Part shown: in pieces, positions 13,792 through 27,583 of the stretch
Layout of the letters: every line of letters begins with the position of its first letter
How positions within the stretch are numbered: position 1 is the first letter of the stretch
From: Oopsacas minuta
Taxonomy: Eukaryota; Animalia; Porifera
Direction of reading: 5' to 3'
Assembly (NCBI GenBank): GCA_024704765.1
Contig: JAKMXF010000315.1
Location: 214,687-278,686 of the forward strand
DNA: 64,000 bases
The notes under the pieces: generated by a model
The model's database searches: none
The model's input: only the letters and a program-made list of their open reading frames with translations
Told to the model about the DNA's origin: nothing
Translations under genes and position numbers: made by a program

Positions 13792-16700
13792 CACAGTGGT
13801 ACACCCCCTGGAAATTGGTCAAAATTTCAATCCGATATTTAGTAACCATTTAAAGTTAATTGGAAAGAGAACTATCCAATTACTTGAAATGCCTAAAATT
13901 GTTATGATCCATCATTTAGTTTGGGAACAACTGGAATGTATATGAGCATTACAATTTCTTGCTCAGAAATTATTCTTGAAAACCACAGATATTCATTTAT
14001 ATCAATGAACTTAAATTCCAGTATCTAAGCAACTAATACATTCCAAAGACTTCATTCCATTGCATTTTCGACTACTCTCTTATTATAGTGATTATATAAG
14101 CGGAGTTCAAATAATAAATCCTTAAAATAGCTCAAATATTTTTATAAATTTTTCTGTTGGATATTTCTGTCGCAACTCAACTTCGAACTCCCATAACTTC
14201 ATCTGTCGCGTTCTGTCAAGTTGTCGCCTGAGTTTTATTATATAGCATTTTTAATTCTCTATAAAATACAACAATTTTCAGGTTCCCGAAAATTCGCGCA
14301 AATATAGTTTCAATCACATGAACTTTTGAAGTTATCTAATATTTTAAAAAATTCTCTTTTCAAAATTTATATTAATATTATGGTTGCTTAGCGACATAAT
14401 CAAAACGTAAAGTTATTTACAATTTTATGCTTGTGTTTACAAAATTCAGCTTGTAATTAATACAAATAAATGTTCTCATCACGTATTTTACAAAGATTCC
14501 ATTAAAAAATCAACACTCTTCTACTGTGAGAAAGTTTCGTCAAATTTCCTTAATTCTTAGATTTCAGAATGTATTTATAAGCTCATAAAACAACATGCAT
14601 ATACGTATATATAATCTTACTTTTTGCCCTGTATTTACAATATTGTTAATAAATAATATATTAATAATCTAGAAAATGGAAAACTTTCAAGCTTTTCAGT
14701 TTTATTGTGAGCATAAATTACTTAGCACTCGTTTAATCGCAGACCAATATATTTAAACTCATGGTATTGATCGAAATCAGCAAAATTTCTTTCGTCTGAA
14801 GTTCAATGATATTCGAAAAGAGAGAGCCTCTTTTCATAAATATTCGGACCTTGATACTTGGAATTCCATGTGCTTCTGTCCTCTGTCAAAGAAGCCTAGG
14901 TTAAGCGCCTCTCCTTCATTAACCATTAACTTTGAAGGAGACTTTAATCTTTCAAAAAAGAAATCGCTCGCTGACTTAACGACCAGAGGTTTGAGAAATC
15001 GGCTCTCTTCTCTTAAGTCTCACCTCGAATCAGTCGCTGCAAACGAGCATGTATCTCCAAAGACTCTTGCAACTTATCTCTTACTACTTTGTTGCAATGA
15101 GGAGCAGGACATGAATAGTCCAATGTTTGTAAAGAGATACTCGAGAAGGGAAACTCATTTCCTATCTATCCACAATTATCACTTGATAAATCTGCCTTTC
15201 TTTTCGATTCGCTTGAGATCGGTAAAACTAAGTATTTAGAACTTCGGCGTACGTTACTATCTGAAGATCTCAAGTTACCAGGCTACAATAGTGTAGCTAA
15301 ACATCGGGCTCAAATTAATTTGCTGGATGAGGTGCGTATAATTCATAGAGAATTTCCATGTGGAGTAGGTATTTCTTACACCAGACAACTCACCCATACA
15401 GTTGAACGCATTGTATCTAACTTAAGTCCTGACACCCTTGTCTATCCGCTAAAAGTTCGAGTATCCGATGGCTTAGATGGATCTGGGTGTCATCGAGTTT
15501 ACCAGCAAGCTATTTCTATCCCTGACCTCTCGACTAAAACCTTCATTTAATTTGGTTTCAAGGTTAACGCAATCATAAATGCAAATGATCATATCCTATG
15601 GAAACCTCATCATCCAAATTCGCCATTTTGCACTCGACCAGTTGCCCTCTTAGCCCTTCCAGAAAATGAAGAGAGTTTCAAGTTTTTGATGGGGTCATTA
15701 ATAGATAACTAAACTTCAACTATTGAAGAGAGTGGTTTGTGTTTATACAATGGCAATGCAGAGGTCAAGATCATAAGATCTTATTTCGATACAAAGATGG
15801 CAAAAATCTTAAGCCGTGCTGGTGGTGCTAATTGTCAAATGTGTACTGCAACGTTCCAACAGATACACGATATTAGCATAGTCCAAAATGGCTTTCCCAT
15901 AAATAGGACTATCCGTGATGCACGTGATGTATTTGATGAGGTTGATGAGGAAGTATTTTTGTCTTTGCCAACAAATCAAAGATTCAATTTAACACACAAA
16001 CCGATCTCATAAAAAGACATCATATCAGCTTCTCCTCTACATGCATATTTGAGAACATTTATTTGGTTCCTATTATTGATTTGCCATTTACAGCGTGGTG
16101 CTATTCAAAAATGGTCACCAACTTCGCCAATATTTCTTGGGGCCAAGAAATTTATTACTAGCCTTATTGAAGAAAAACTTAGTATATCAATTGACACACC
16201 ATCAGTCCAAGGAGGAACCACCGCAACCGGAAATGTCGTTCGGAGATGCTTCACACGTAGCGATGATACTATGCAAGATTTTCTATATTGGGTATTGACG
16301 GTTGTTCCTCAAGAGACACATCAAGTTGTCCCTAGAATCTTTAATAATTTGAGTGTTATCCTGAGATTGTATAATAGTAACAGGAAAGTGGATACTGAAG
16401 GCCTTGATAATGTATGCCGAGAGACTTACGAATCCATTTTAACCAATTTTTCATGGGCACATGTAACCCCTACTTTACATAAACTTCTAGCCCATGCACC
16501 ACAAATAATTGCAGATTATATCGATGGGTTTGGCTTAGAAGATTTGTCTGAATAAGGCCTTGAATCTTGTAATAAATTGGTCAGGCCACACCGTGAGAGA
16601 CTCTCAAGAAAATTTAGCTTTGAGGACAACGTTAAAGATGTGTTCGTCAGGCTTATCTCTCAAAGTGATCCAATTTTAGCATCTTTCGTAATATTACCAA

Positions 16701-17116
16701 AACGATTCGGAGCCAGATCTATCTGAGTTAAAGACTGTCAAGATACTTTGGTGAATTCTCTAATTATAAATACGCTATAGTTTGTAGTTCAATGAACGGT
16801 AGGTCATTTTAACAAGAAATATGGTTTCATAAGTTGATAAAAATGTACATTAAATAGTGTTAATAATATCAAAACATAAAGCACTCAATTTCTGAACCTA
16901 TAGCTCACAATTGGCTGAATTAAATTCGATAAAAAATCAAAATATTTTTGAATGTGACAATGACGTCATTACTTTCACACCCAAAGACTTAGAAAAAATC
17001 TAGTTACGTCAATCGATCCCTTGGGTACGATTCTCCATATGTCAATAATATAGTTTAATACATTATCTAGTGCCCTAGTACCTAATTCCAGGTTTTAGCT
17101 ATTTCGTGCCACTGTG
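13792..17116 (+). mobile_element. RAG1-like / Transib-superfamily transposon, complete ends, coding-defective
   Basis: Both ends read CACAGTGG (13792-13799; inverted 17109-17116). Perfect 5-bp TSD TTAGG (13787-13791, 17117-17121). Length 3325 bp. Confidence 0.92.
14676..16726 (+). pseudogene. RAG1-core/Transib-like DDE transposase pseudogene (about 680 codons)
   Basis: Reconstructed motifs in RAG1 order: SDGLDGSG (D600-like), PNSPFCTRP (cf. PNSELCCKP), YFDTK..CQMC (D708 + CxxC), SPLHAY, TGNVVRR, LHKLLAH, SE*GLESCNKL (E962-like), SQSDP. Stops at 14754, 15548, 15710, 16010 and 16553, and a frameshift near 15120. Confidence 0.9.
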
Positions 17117-18326
17117 TTAGGCACGCTGTATACGCCTAATTTCGACGAATACTGTAATGGGTTATCTTACGATCATAATGTCAAATGAATCGTATTATAG
17201 TTTATTAGAAGAATTCAGTTGAATTCATTAATATTGGAATATAATTCGAAATGTGAACTGTCTATTGTTAAAGGGGAAGCTTGATAAATGATATGTAGGT
17301 CGAGTCCTAATACTACTGATACTACATAGGAGAAACTTTAGTTTTGCTTAGAGAGACAATGAATACAGATAAATATATATAATGTTAGGTTAACAGTTAA
17401 TTATTAATGCACTATAAACGTGTTTGTATATTGAAAGATTCTAGATGACACATCTGTAGTGTATTTTAGCCGTATTATATGTAATAGTTGAATGGTTTGC
17501 TTAAAATTTAATTTTGGTGCTTCGAAAATTCAACTTCTCTAGGCGCGTAAGTGAAATCGAGTACGCATTTAGGCGCCTACATAAAAAAGCTGGAAGAAAC
17601 CTGATTGTAGCAACTTAATATGCAAATATATGTTCGCCTTACCTTGCAATTCTATTAATCGGGTTCAGATTAACGGAGTGCCTCTGTATACATTGGGACC
17701 GTCGAAACTGTATTTAACGAAACAAGGCATTGGACTGGTTCCGATGTGTGACAGTCTCATTCATTGTGTACTTATTCAAAAACGGTGAAATGCGTGGCAG
17801 AGAGAGGAGTGTGGATCAATATTTAATGAAAATTACGTTTACGTAACACATACTTGTCAGCCTGATTGAAGATATAAGCGCAACGGAAGGTACTAATTTA
17901 AGGGGACATCACTGAACGTTGCATAATTACATTGGACTGGATTACAAAAAGCCTGAAAATTCAGATTTAGGCAGGTCTTGCCGGGACATTTGCCTCAATA
18001 CATATCCGGGCCGAAACTGTAGGAAGTCCCGCCAAAACTGGGACAGTCGATAAGTATGGTAATGAATGACTGCTCTATACAAGATGAAATCTAGCCAATC
18101 AAACAACAATGAAATATATAATTCAAAATTACATCCAAAATTTGAATACAATTTGATTATATATTTTTGTGTTACAGATGTAATTATCTCATTTCCAGCT
18201 TCCCTGTAGAGTAACACAATTACCTGCAGTGAAATACAATGAATAACAAACAAATTAACATGAAAGAGTTGAGTAACCATCGTGTATTCACTCAATATCA
18301 ACAGCATGCGGATTCCTATTGTTCGA

Positions 18327-18878
18327 CAGTGGAAGCTGTTTACTTGGGACTCGAATAATTGGGATATCCGCTTAAACGGGAATGTTTTGGACAGATTTTT
18401 GTATACAAACATAGTGTGAAATTGAGAGATCGAATTTGTTAATTGGCATTTATTACCCCGAGTACCGAACATTTTGAAGAATGTTTCACACATATATTCT
18501 TGACTTCTATCCTGATAAACCGTCTATTTTGTTAAGTATGATTAGTTAATTTGGGTTGCAATCCCAGTTAAGCAATTCTAGTTATGGTATCAAAGGTTTT
18601 TGGTGAAATCGAGTAATGTGTATTCATAATCAGTACTAAAATTTTTTTTTTCTAACAAAGAATTTGCATATTTGATGCAACTTGTAACCTTTATACACTT
18701 ACACCTACTCATCATTGCTGGACCTTATAACCAGGGTATAGTAGTAGTGACTAGATAATATGTGACCACGTAAAACTAGCATTTAATTCGTGAATATCCA
18801 TAATAGGTTAATCCGGTTAATCGTTTAAAAGGACAAAACATTGACTTCTCAGCTCTCCTGATTAAGTGGCTTCGGCTG
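18327..18878. mobile_element. pogo/Tigger-like MITE remnant
   Basis: Ends CAGTGGAAGCTGTTTA and inverted CAGCCGAAGCCACTTA|TA. Related termini with ttaatcggg-type subrepeats occur near 17640-17689 and 32040-32272. Confidence 0.45.
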
Positions 18879-20036
18879 TAATTCTACTTGTAATGCATAT
18901 ATCAATGCTATTTTACCATATTGAGCAATACAATTTTCCACAGGAATTGGCCAAGCATTCAAAATTCAATTTTCGTTGACTTTCCTTAGCTCTATCAACT
19001 TCCCTCAACTAGTTGTTTAAGAGTGTCTATAGAGATTTTCAACCACATTACAAAAGTTGATGGTTGTGAGAGTCTGCAATTATACACTAGGTTTAAGTTC
19101 GAATTCTTTTAAATTATACTTTGATGGTAGAGTGTACCCAAGCATTCAGTTAATATGAATATTTTAACTTAACAATCAACGTATGAAATGTGATTATGAA
19201 TGCAATCTTTTATGTAATATTCTTGCAGAAATAATAATATTATATCTACACGTAGTTATTAAAGTGTTGAATTGATAGAATCCATAGTAGTGCTTACACG
19301 ATAATTTATCACAGAATAAATTGTTTATTTGAAAAAATCATTACCAAGTTGTTCTCCTCGAACAAATGTGCTAAAACATTCTATGTGTCATTTGTGGCAT
19401 GCAGTTCCGATTCTTTTGGCCAGGTAGTTTTCTAATACTTTATGCAAAATCGTTTTAGAAGGTTATACCCCTTATATAACATTTCTAAAACGACATAATT
19501 ATATCAATACATTTCAAAAACATAAGTACACTTTCGCTAGAATAGGGAACTACTTATATCGCCACAGAAGACACAATTGTCACGCCCTTTACCACATAGA
19601 AACACAAATAATTACCTCAGTAACGATAGCGGCTAAAGTATTATTATTTTCAATTTATGAAGTATAAACACATTGTCTGCCATAACGATGACCTCATTAT
19701 TTTGAACTTGATCATATCTAGTAAATATTTTGATAGCTTGATTATGCCACCAATCGACCTAATTTGTCAACCACTATAACCCAGCCATGAGAATCAAGCC
19801 AATTCGTCATAACACTCATTCAAAAGTTTTCTTGCTAGCCAACATATTTTTCTGGTCACTAAATATTTTTGGTCTTATTAACTCTGTATTCACTGTATAT
19901 ATATGTCTATACTATATACTAATATTCACATATTGGAATGAATATCTTTTCTTCTTATATTTGTTTGCTTGTTGTACCTGTAATTGCTATTCGGGTTATT
20001 TTGAATTTTTATATATTCTTATAATATTCTTTTTAG

Positions 20037-20296
20037 GTAAGTATACTGCTGTTGCTGTTACTGGCGATTATGCAGATTTCCAGTATATTTCAGATCGTTT
20101 GTACGAAAAAGTTCGTCAGGCTGAACTAATGGATGATAAACTTCAAATTGGTCCTCGTGAGATATTTTCTTGGTTAAATAGAGTTTTGTATTACCGTAGA
20201 ACCCAACTCAATCCACTTTGGATCAATCTAATAGTTGCTGGGATTGATAGAATTTCGTGTTCTGAAAACAAAACTTTCCTCGCATATATTGATATG
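20037..20296 (+). CDS. PSMB4: Proteasome subunit beta type-4 (beta7), internal exon
   Basis: KYTAVAVTGDYADFQYI...REIFSWLNRVLYYRRTQLNPLWINLIVAG...FLAYIDM matches PSMB4 (GASGDYADFQYL...SWLTRAMYSRRSKMNPLWN...FLGYVDM). Acceptor ttctttttAG at 20035-36; donor GT at 20297. Confidence 0.93.
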
Positions 20297-23200
20297 GTAA
20301 TTTATATATATTTCAATATATTATTTACTGGCCTCACAATTCGTGGTTCTAACTATTTCGTATCTAATTGGCTTTGAATACCTTGTTTTTATCATATATG
20401 TAATTATATAATTTTACATATTAGCAGAAATGGAACTCATATTCAATCGTTAGATTTCTTACGAATCTTTCGATTTAGACCTCTGCAGGCCGAGTCCTTA
20501 TAAACGGAATCTCTGGCATCCCCAAAATCATTGAATCCAGATTACCTAAGCACCTTTCTTATTGAATTTATTTTTGATAACATGAAATTTCATGGTATAA
20601 TTTTTTAGATGCTGTTCCTTTATGCCTTTTCATTCTGCCATGGGTACAAATTTTGGCGCTTTGCGAAATATACCATACTTGTATCTCGTTATCTAAATAT
20701 TATATACTTACATATGCCCATTCCAATTCCTGAGATTTTGGAAACGCTATGCTTCAATCTAGTTATCCACTCAAGGAATCCAGACCCCAAGTTCTTTCTA
20801 AGTACTATTTTCAGATTCAGAGGAAATTTGTCAGGTCCTATTTTGGCTTAAACAATGCGGGCATCGGAAGATTTCCCATAGAATATTATGGGTTTGGTGG
20901 GCTATCAGGCTAGTGAGTCTTGAAATTGTATTTTTAGTATTCAGTGTAATTATTTGGCCTGAGGTGGGAACAATCTTTCTTTTAGAGACTACTACCCTTG
21001 TTGAGTCCATTGGTAGCACTCAAAATCTCAAAATTCCTACTGGTCTACCGCAGTGTGTCCAAATTTTTGAGTTCCTACACCCAAAGAAGTAAGATATATG
21101 TCTAAAATTCGCTAAGCTTCTAGATAACTTCATTGGTTGGGAGTTTTCTGATCATAAGACCTAGTGAACTCTATGTAAATGTAAATGCTCTAAGCCCTTT
21201 AGTCGAAAATTATGACGTATTTGACACCCGATGATTTTCAAAAATTCACCAAGTGATTTCAAGATTTGCTATATTTATACCATATATATATATCAAGTAA
21301 ATGTGAGTATTGACTATTAAAGAGTCTGTCCTCTTTAATTTTATCACTTTCATCAGTTTCTTATCCAGTTTGTGCTAGTGACATTTTGGTAGCACACTCG
21401 ACTACGCATTGAGGCACACACATGTAGAACCACTGCACTACTAGGAGCTAGTTGGCCTTAACACTATTGTATAACTTTATTATTTTGAAAATGTTTCAAC
21501 TGTTATTCGGACAGGTCACGCCAATTTTGAATTTTGGTCAATGATACTCGAAAATCCATGAGCCATGAGAATAATGAATTGTAATTCGAACTAAATTTAG
21601 TTTAATTAATATAATACCTTTATCAGTTAATAATATTAGATAATGAAGGTCCCACATGATTTTTGGTAAAGGTCCCCACTGTTAGATACAAAATCAAAAC
21701 TTTTCGCCTATGGACCCGACTATTCCCGCCCAACAACCTACAACCCATTCGTAGAATATCCGAATTTGGCCAGAAAAGTGAAGGTTCGATACTCAGCATT
21801 CAGCCAATTAGTGAATGCTATCAGTGGAACATACATAAAGTGACATCTTTGAGATATGAAAATTCTGTCGGTTTAGCAAGTTGTTCAATTATGCTTATGA
21901 ATTTGTTATTGTCTGAATCTATTTCATGTCAGAATCACTTTCGAATTATATAGGTCTTCCAGATCATGCAGATTTCGCTGAACTTGATACAAATTGCTTA
22001 TCCTAACGGAAATTCCATTTGACAATATTCTGTATTCAGTTCGTCGTAGCAAGGATACCATGTAGCACTACATATATGGCTCCGAGAAGGAACTTTAAGG
22101 AAAAATCAAGGATACAATTAACATATATATAATTTCTGCCTGTAGTTGGAGTAAGGTTCTCTCTGAGAACAGCGTATATGAGTACTTACCAGATTAATAG
22201 CATTATATTCCAATCACTCTCAATTTTCTTAAATTTTATCTAGGAACTGAAACAATATCGAAAATGGGGGAGGGGGGACTTGGCTCGCCTATTTTGCAAG
22301 TTCTACGCCTATGCCTCTCAGTCGACCTTAAATTAATTGTTTTAATGTTTGTTTACAGTTTTTGAAACTGGCTACTAGGACTTAATCTGAAGTGAAAACA
22401 GTAAATTCATAGAATTTATTTCGATATTTGGCCATTTTAACACGGACATCCCCAGGACTCTTCGCCTAGGAGCGGAAAATATATCACTAGGGGGGGGGCG
22501 GCACGAAATTACTGGGGGTCAGGACGAGAGGCAAGGTGTTTTCATCCGTTTTACAAGAGGTATTCAAAGTAGCGGATCTATAAATTCATAGTTGAGTATA
22601 ACCTTGGCGTCCTGTTGGTTTGATAGCTGGTAGTCAATATATTCGAAACGTTGATCTATGTGACTTGTAATAATCAATGAGGTCCTGGAACGAGATCCAT
22701 CGCTAGAAATAACATTTTGTTTTTCAATTGACAAATATAATTGATATTTTCTGGATCCTTTGGTGCCTCCCGTTTACATATAGCACGATGGCACTACGGC
22801 ATTAGGCCGTGCCCTTGCAAGTATTCCTGTGGATTCGGAGCGTAGACCCTGGATAATAAGCAATGATTGCTACGTATTAATTAACTTTCTACTGACAAGT
22901 AGTTGAAACAATTTATCATAACTGCCTAATACACATCTTTTGGAGAATTGTGCCACTGAATTAGTGCTTTGTATATCTGAATAACATACATTTGTTCAGG
23001 GTAATCATCGAAAAGTTATATTGAGTTGCATACATCAAAATTAAATAACACTCCATTCATAATTGAATTTATGCCAAAAAGATGCTCCGGTGCACAGGTT
23101 ACCAATCAAATTATGCCCCGGAGCACGATATTTGCCATAACGGGCTTTGCTCCCAATTCCAGTTCAGCGACGCCCGGTATTTGAATCTAATTTGCTAATG

Positions 23201-23385
23201 TATGCGACTCCCAAATTTAATGTTGGACAAAGTACCTATGTGTAAATTGTACCAATCACTTATACTTGATGTCTACTAATCGAAGATTTCACATTCTTCC
23301 AGGAGCATTTCAAAATCGCATCTTGAATTCATGTGGTTGAAAATTGTGACTGTACCAGTAAGTTGAAATCTCTGACTCTTTATAG

Positions 23386-25456
23386 CAGTGTTTCCCAACA
23401 TTTACTAATTTAACGCCCCCTTATCGGCTTGATACTTACAGAACGTCCCCTACTTAATACTTTATTGAATCAGTTTTAATTATTGACTATATGGAATTTA
23501 GAAGATTGACTGATATTTTATCTAGGGACTAATCTAAGTATCAGTATACGTTGGAACATGTGATCTCTAACTTTGGTGGACCTTTGCTAGTTTGAATACA
23601 TCCGGTTCTAACTGCGTCAGAAAGAGTCTCAAGTCGACTCTTGTTGCTATTTCCGGTCGATTTCTTTGTTTTGTGAGCAGATTAACTACTGTATTGAATC
23701 CCTTTTCGACAAGATATGATGATGGAAATGCAACGAACATTAATTTTACAGTTTGAAAAATATGGGGATAGCATTCAGAGACTTCTTTCTTCATCCAGAA
23801 TGCACTATATCCTCATTGGGTGAATATGGCATTGCATTCGATATCATTCTTCAAGTCGATGAATTCTTCTTGACATTGTGGATCCAAAGTTTCTATATTT
23901 GTTCCAAATGGATTTATAACAAAATTAGCGATAACAAACTCGGTTAAATGTTTGAATCGAATCAACAAATCTTCGCTAAGGGAATCAACATGTGAACAGT
24001 AAATATGAATGTTGTCCTCCGTAATGATGTTATTATTTGTCATATCCAGTTCACTTAAACAAGGTAACTGCCCAAATTCACGACACGTCATATTCTTTCG
24101 GTACAAGGTTAGTTTACTTAAGAATGATAGAACAACATCCTTCCCTTGTATAAGAGTGGTATTTTCCCTTGTATCTGCTTATTCATTATATTCAGTTAAG
24201 TAATCAACATCAGTCCTTATCATTTTAGCCTTTTCTCAGAGTTGAATCGTATTCTTCTAGAAACTCGACTATAGAATCAAACAGTTAATGGAATCGTTTC
24301 AAACAATTACCTTTAGAAAGCCACCCAACTTCAGTAAGAAGAAGGAGGCGTTTGTAATCTTCATCATTGTTTGAACAAAGTTGCTGAAAGATGCGATCAT
24401 TCAGTGAGTTCTTTTTGATTTTGTTCGTAGCAGTAATCACGATTTGTAAAGACAGGTGAAGATTAGGTGTTGGGTGCTTGGCGATCAAATGTTGACGATG
24501 TATGACACAATGAATAGAGAAAACATTCGGAATAACTTATTTCAGATGAGCTATCAAACTACGATGGCGCTCCATCAGTAGCATATGTAGTAATATTTCC
24601 TATTTCTACGTTCTTCTCTTCACAAAATTGCTTTACCACAGTATATACTGTCTCACCCCTAGTATCTACACTAGACGCATCTTGATGCATGACAGTAGAT
24701 TTAACCTCTCTTATAGCTGGAAGGACGAGCTTTTCACCTATTGTATGAGGCTTTCCACATTTGGCGATTGAAAGAGATATATTGTAAGAAGCAACAAGAC
24801 CATCGTCACTTTTAGTGGTAATGTTGTTAATCTACCATCTATGGAATTAGGATTTGTAAACTGCTTGCTTAAAGTCTGGAAATATTTGATGTCCTTGTCT
24901 TTCTCATCAAGGTATTCTTTTTCATGTAGCCGCACATAGGTGAAGGTTTCATGCCCTCATTAGAGAACGCTTGATTGTAGAGTAAACACAAGGGTAATTG
25001 TTGATTAGTAGATTAAGCGATGAAACTAAATTTCAGATAATCTATGGAGTATTGACAGCATTTTTTCTTTGGATTTTTAGCCATGATTGGATATGCAAGA
25101 AAAAGACGTGTCTACTATTGAGGTAATTAATGAAATAACATGGTATGATCACTTTTTATAACTTCTTTGGTTAGAAGCCGTCTGAACTGTTAATTTACCA
25201 CAACAAACAATATCATTGAAGGCATTGATTGATTGTTAATGGTGAATAATTAGTTCTTCTTGTGGGCACCGTTTTAGAATTGTCATTATGGGTAAAGTAC
25301 ATAACATAATAATGATGCAATAGTATTTCACAAAATTTACAGATGTTAGAATAAACCTTCATCCAACAGCTCATTATCTCTCAGCGCCCCACACAGCGTC
25401 CCTTGAGGCAAGTAAACGCCCCCGGGGTGCGTTTGAGCCCCCGTTAGGAACCACTG
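23386..25456 (-). mobile_element. hAT (Buster/ZBED5-like) transposon, degenerate, inside the PSMB4 intron
   Basis: TIR CAGTGTTTCCCAAC / inverted CAGTGGTTCCTAAC. Degenerate 8-bp TSD ctttatag/atttatgg. Minus-strand remnants LLLTEVGWLSKGNCL and FPSSYLVEKGF. Confidence 0.85.
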
Positions 25457-27547
25457 ATTTATGGCTTCAAAATATGAGTTTTTTCCGGATGCTTATAATG
25501 ATATTGTCGTGCATAGTGTAATATTTAGCAAGTACCTCCTTTAAGTCAAATTTAACATTGTTGTATAATTTTAGCTGAATAACACTAATTACCTAGATTG
25601 ATTAATACTTTTCGTTACAAATTTAGAATCTAAATACCATTCTTTCTAGCCTCTATAATTGCTATGATACTTATTTGACCAATATTATTTCAGTGACTTG
25701 TTCTTCTTGGACGATATGTGATTGTTTACAAATACCTTAGCATTCTAATATGGGATACTTGTATTTGAAGATACTTAGGTTGATATATGCGACACCATTC
25801 ATCCAAAACTTTAGGTCCTGACCTATTACTTGACTGTTGGTTAGTAATCTCTACACTTCGTGCTTCAAACATTAAGAGAATCTCAAAATCGTCGAAATTT
25901 AGGAAAGTTTGATTTTTGTACACTCATAATGGTGAAATAATTGCATGATGAGTTTGCATTTGGCCCAAATCATGAAGTTAGAACAACTTTCATATTGAGC
26001 TGTACCTGTGGCTGATAATTTACATTCCAACATTTACATATATTGGCTGAGGAGTAGCTAATAGTCTGATTTTTCTAAATTCCAAATTGCTATTAAGTAC
26101 TTAATAATTTCGTTATAGATATGAACCTTATTACAAAAATTCCAACATATCTGATCCATGCCCAAAATACCTACGTACCCCAAAAATCAGACCTGGTCAT
26201 GTAATTTCTTCAATCAATTTTGAGCATGTAAACATATAGTATAGCAGGTATATAAATACAGAATAATCATAGATTTGAGCAATTACCTAATCTAATTTGA
26301 TATTTATAATTACGTGTGACCTTGTTAACAAATTTGGGGCTAATATCCATTATTATTTCATATTCTATTGTCCATCGTATGTAATTCCTACTTTATTTCT
26401 TTTCCATTTACATTAGACATACATACCATACGACTCCCAATATATTTAATTTTTTGATAAAACTAGAACTTTTCTAATCACAAATAATATTACTTACTAT
26501 ATTTGTGCTTTGTCTCTCTGCCTCAGTCCCCTCTTATCATCACTCATTTCATGGTCTATATCGGCCCTTGATGCACATTTGTTTATTGTTTGGCACTATA
26601 ACATCAATATGCTTAATAACTTACAGTCTGGCTGTTCAGGAATTTTTCGTAATTTTCAAATCCTCTCTTTTTACTAGATTGTAGCCCTGCGTTTGCTTGA
26701 TTTAAAGTTTAATGAGCTATCATCACATTAGTGATATTTAAATTCTTGCCACATACTGTAGAGCAGTAACAAGCACACTTCAATTGATCAGTAAAACCTA
26801 CACAGATGTATCCATCACCAAAGTCACTCAGGTTAACAAATACCAATTTTATTTGTAGCTCTAAACTTGGTCCGACTGAAACATAACCAACCAGACCCTC
26901 CCCTACGGCTATGTATTGTTATTCACTACTTCCTTTCGCATGTGTCTGCTTTTGTTCAGAAAATCGAACTGAGTCACATTATTTTCAATTTCAACAACGA
27001 AATTTTCATTACAAATACATCTGATATGAGTGTTAAAAGATTTGTAACATTTATTCTAATTTACACTAACTGAACAAAAGTACTTGAACACCACTAAAAC
27101 TACAATTGTTTTCTTGGTTATACCGCGATTATTTCAATATACATACGATAATATACCTGACAGAATTTTTTGGCTATGTTACCCAACATTGTCTTGAGTA
27201 CACAGTGTACCAAAATCGTCATTATGGCGTATTAGGGATTTACATAAATTATAGTACAGATCAGCATCATATATCTATTATACACATGTTGTAAATCGAG
27301 ACTAGATCCCAAAATATGATTACTTTTCCAAAGCATACCTGTAAATATGTATTATACTGAATCGCAGTTACTTTTTTGGATTTAATATTATGGGTAATTT
27401 ACATTCCTGGCACATGTCTGGATTAGTGACACCAGAAATAGATACATTTTGAAAATCTATTGAGACTCTCTAAACTGAATTGCAAATATTTGCATAGGTG
27501 GGAATGCCATCTATTTTTCGCTACATCTCTGTTCACAGACTAAGTGG

Positions 27548-27549
<2 letters not shown>

Positions 27550-27582
<33 letters not shown>
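27550..27582. repeat. (AT)n microsatellite
   Basis: About 16 uninterrupted AT/TA units. Confidence 0.95.

Positions 27583-27583
<1 letters not shown>

Noticed and set aside
13800-17116. RAG2-like gene inside the RAG1-like transposon
   Set aside because: The non-coding flanks are only about 875 bp and 390 bp, with no ORF of 60 aa or more and no Kelch- or PHD-like remnant seen.
8101-17116. Chapaev plus RAG1-like element as one composite ProtoRAG-like transposon
   Set aside because: Each has its own TIR pair and its own TSD (ATCT; TTAGG), and an unrelated mariner lies between them.
19787-20036. Hydrophobic N-terminal half of ORF 19787-20377 as a membrane protein
   Set aside because: It is AT-rich intron sequence read in frame with the PSMB4 exon; a clear acceptor lies at 20035-36.
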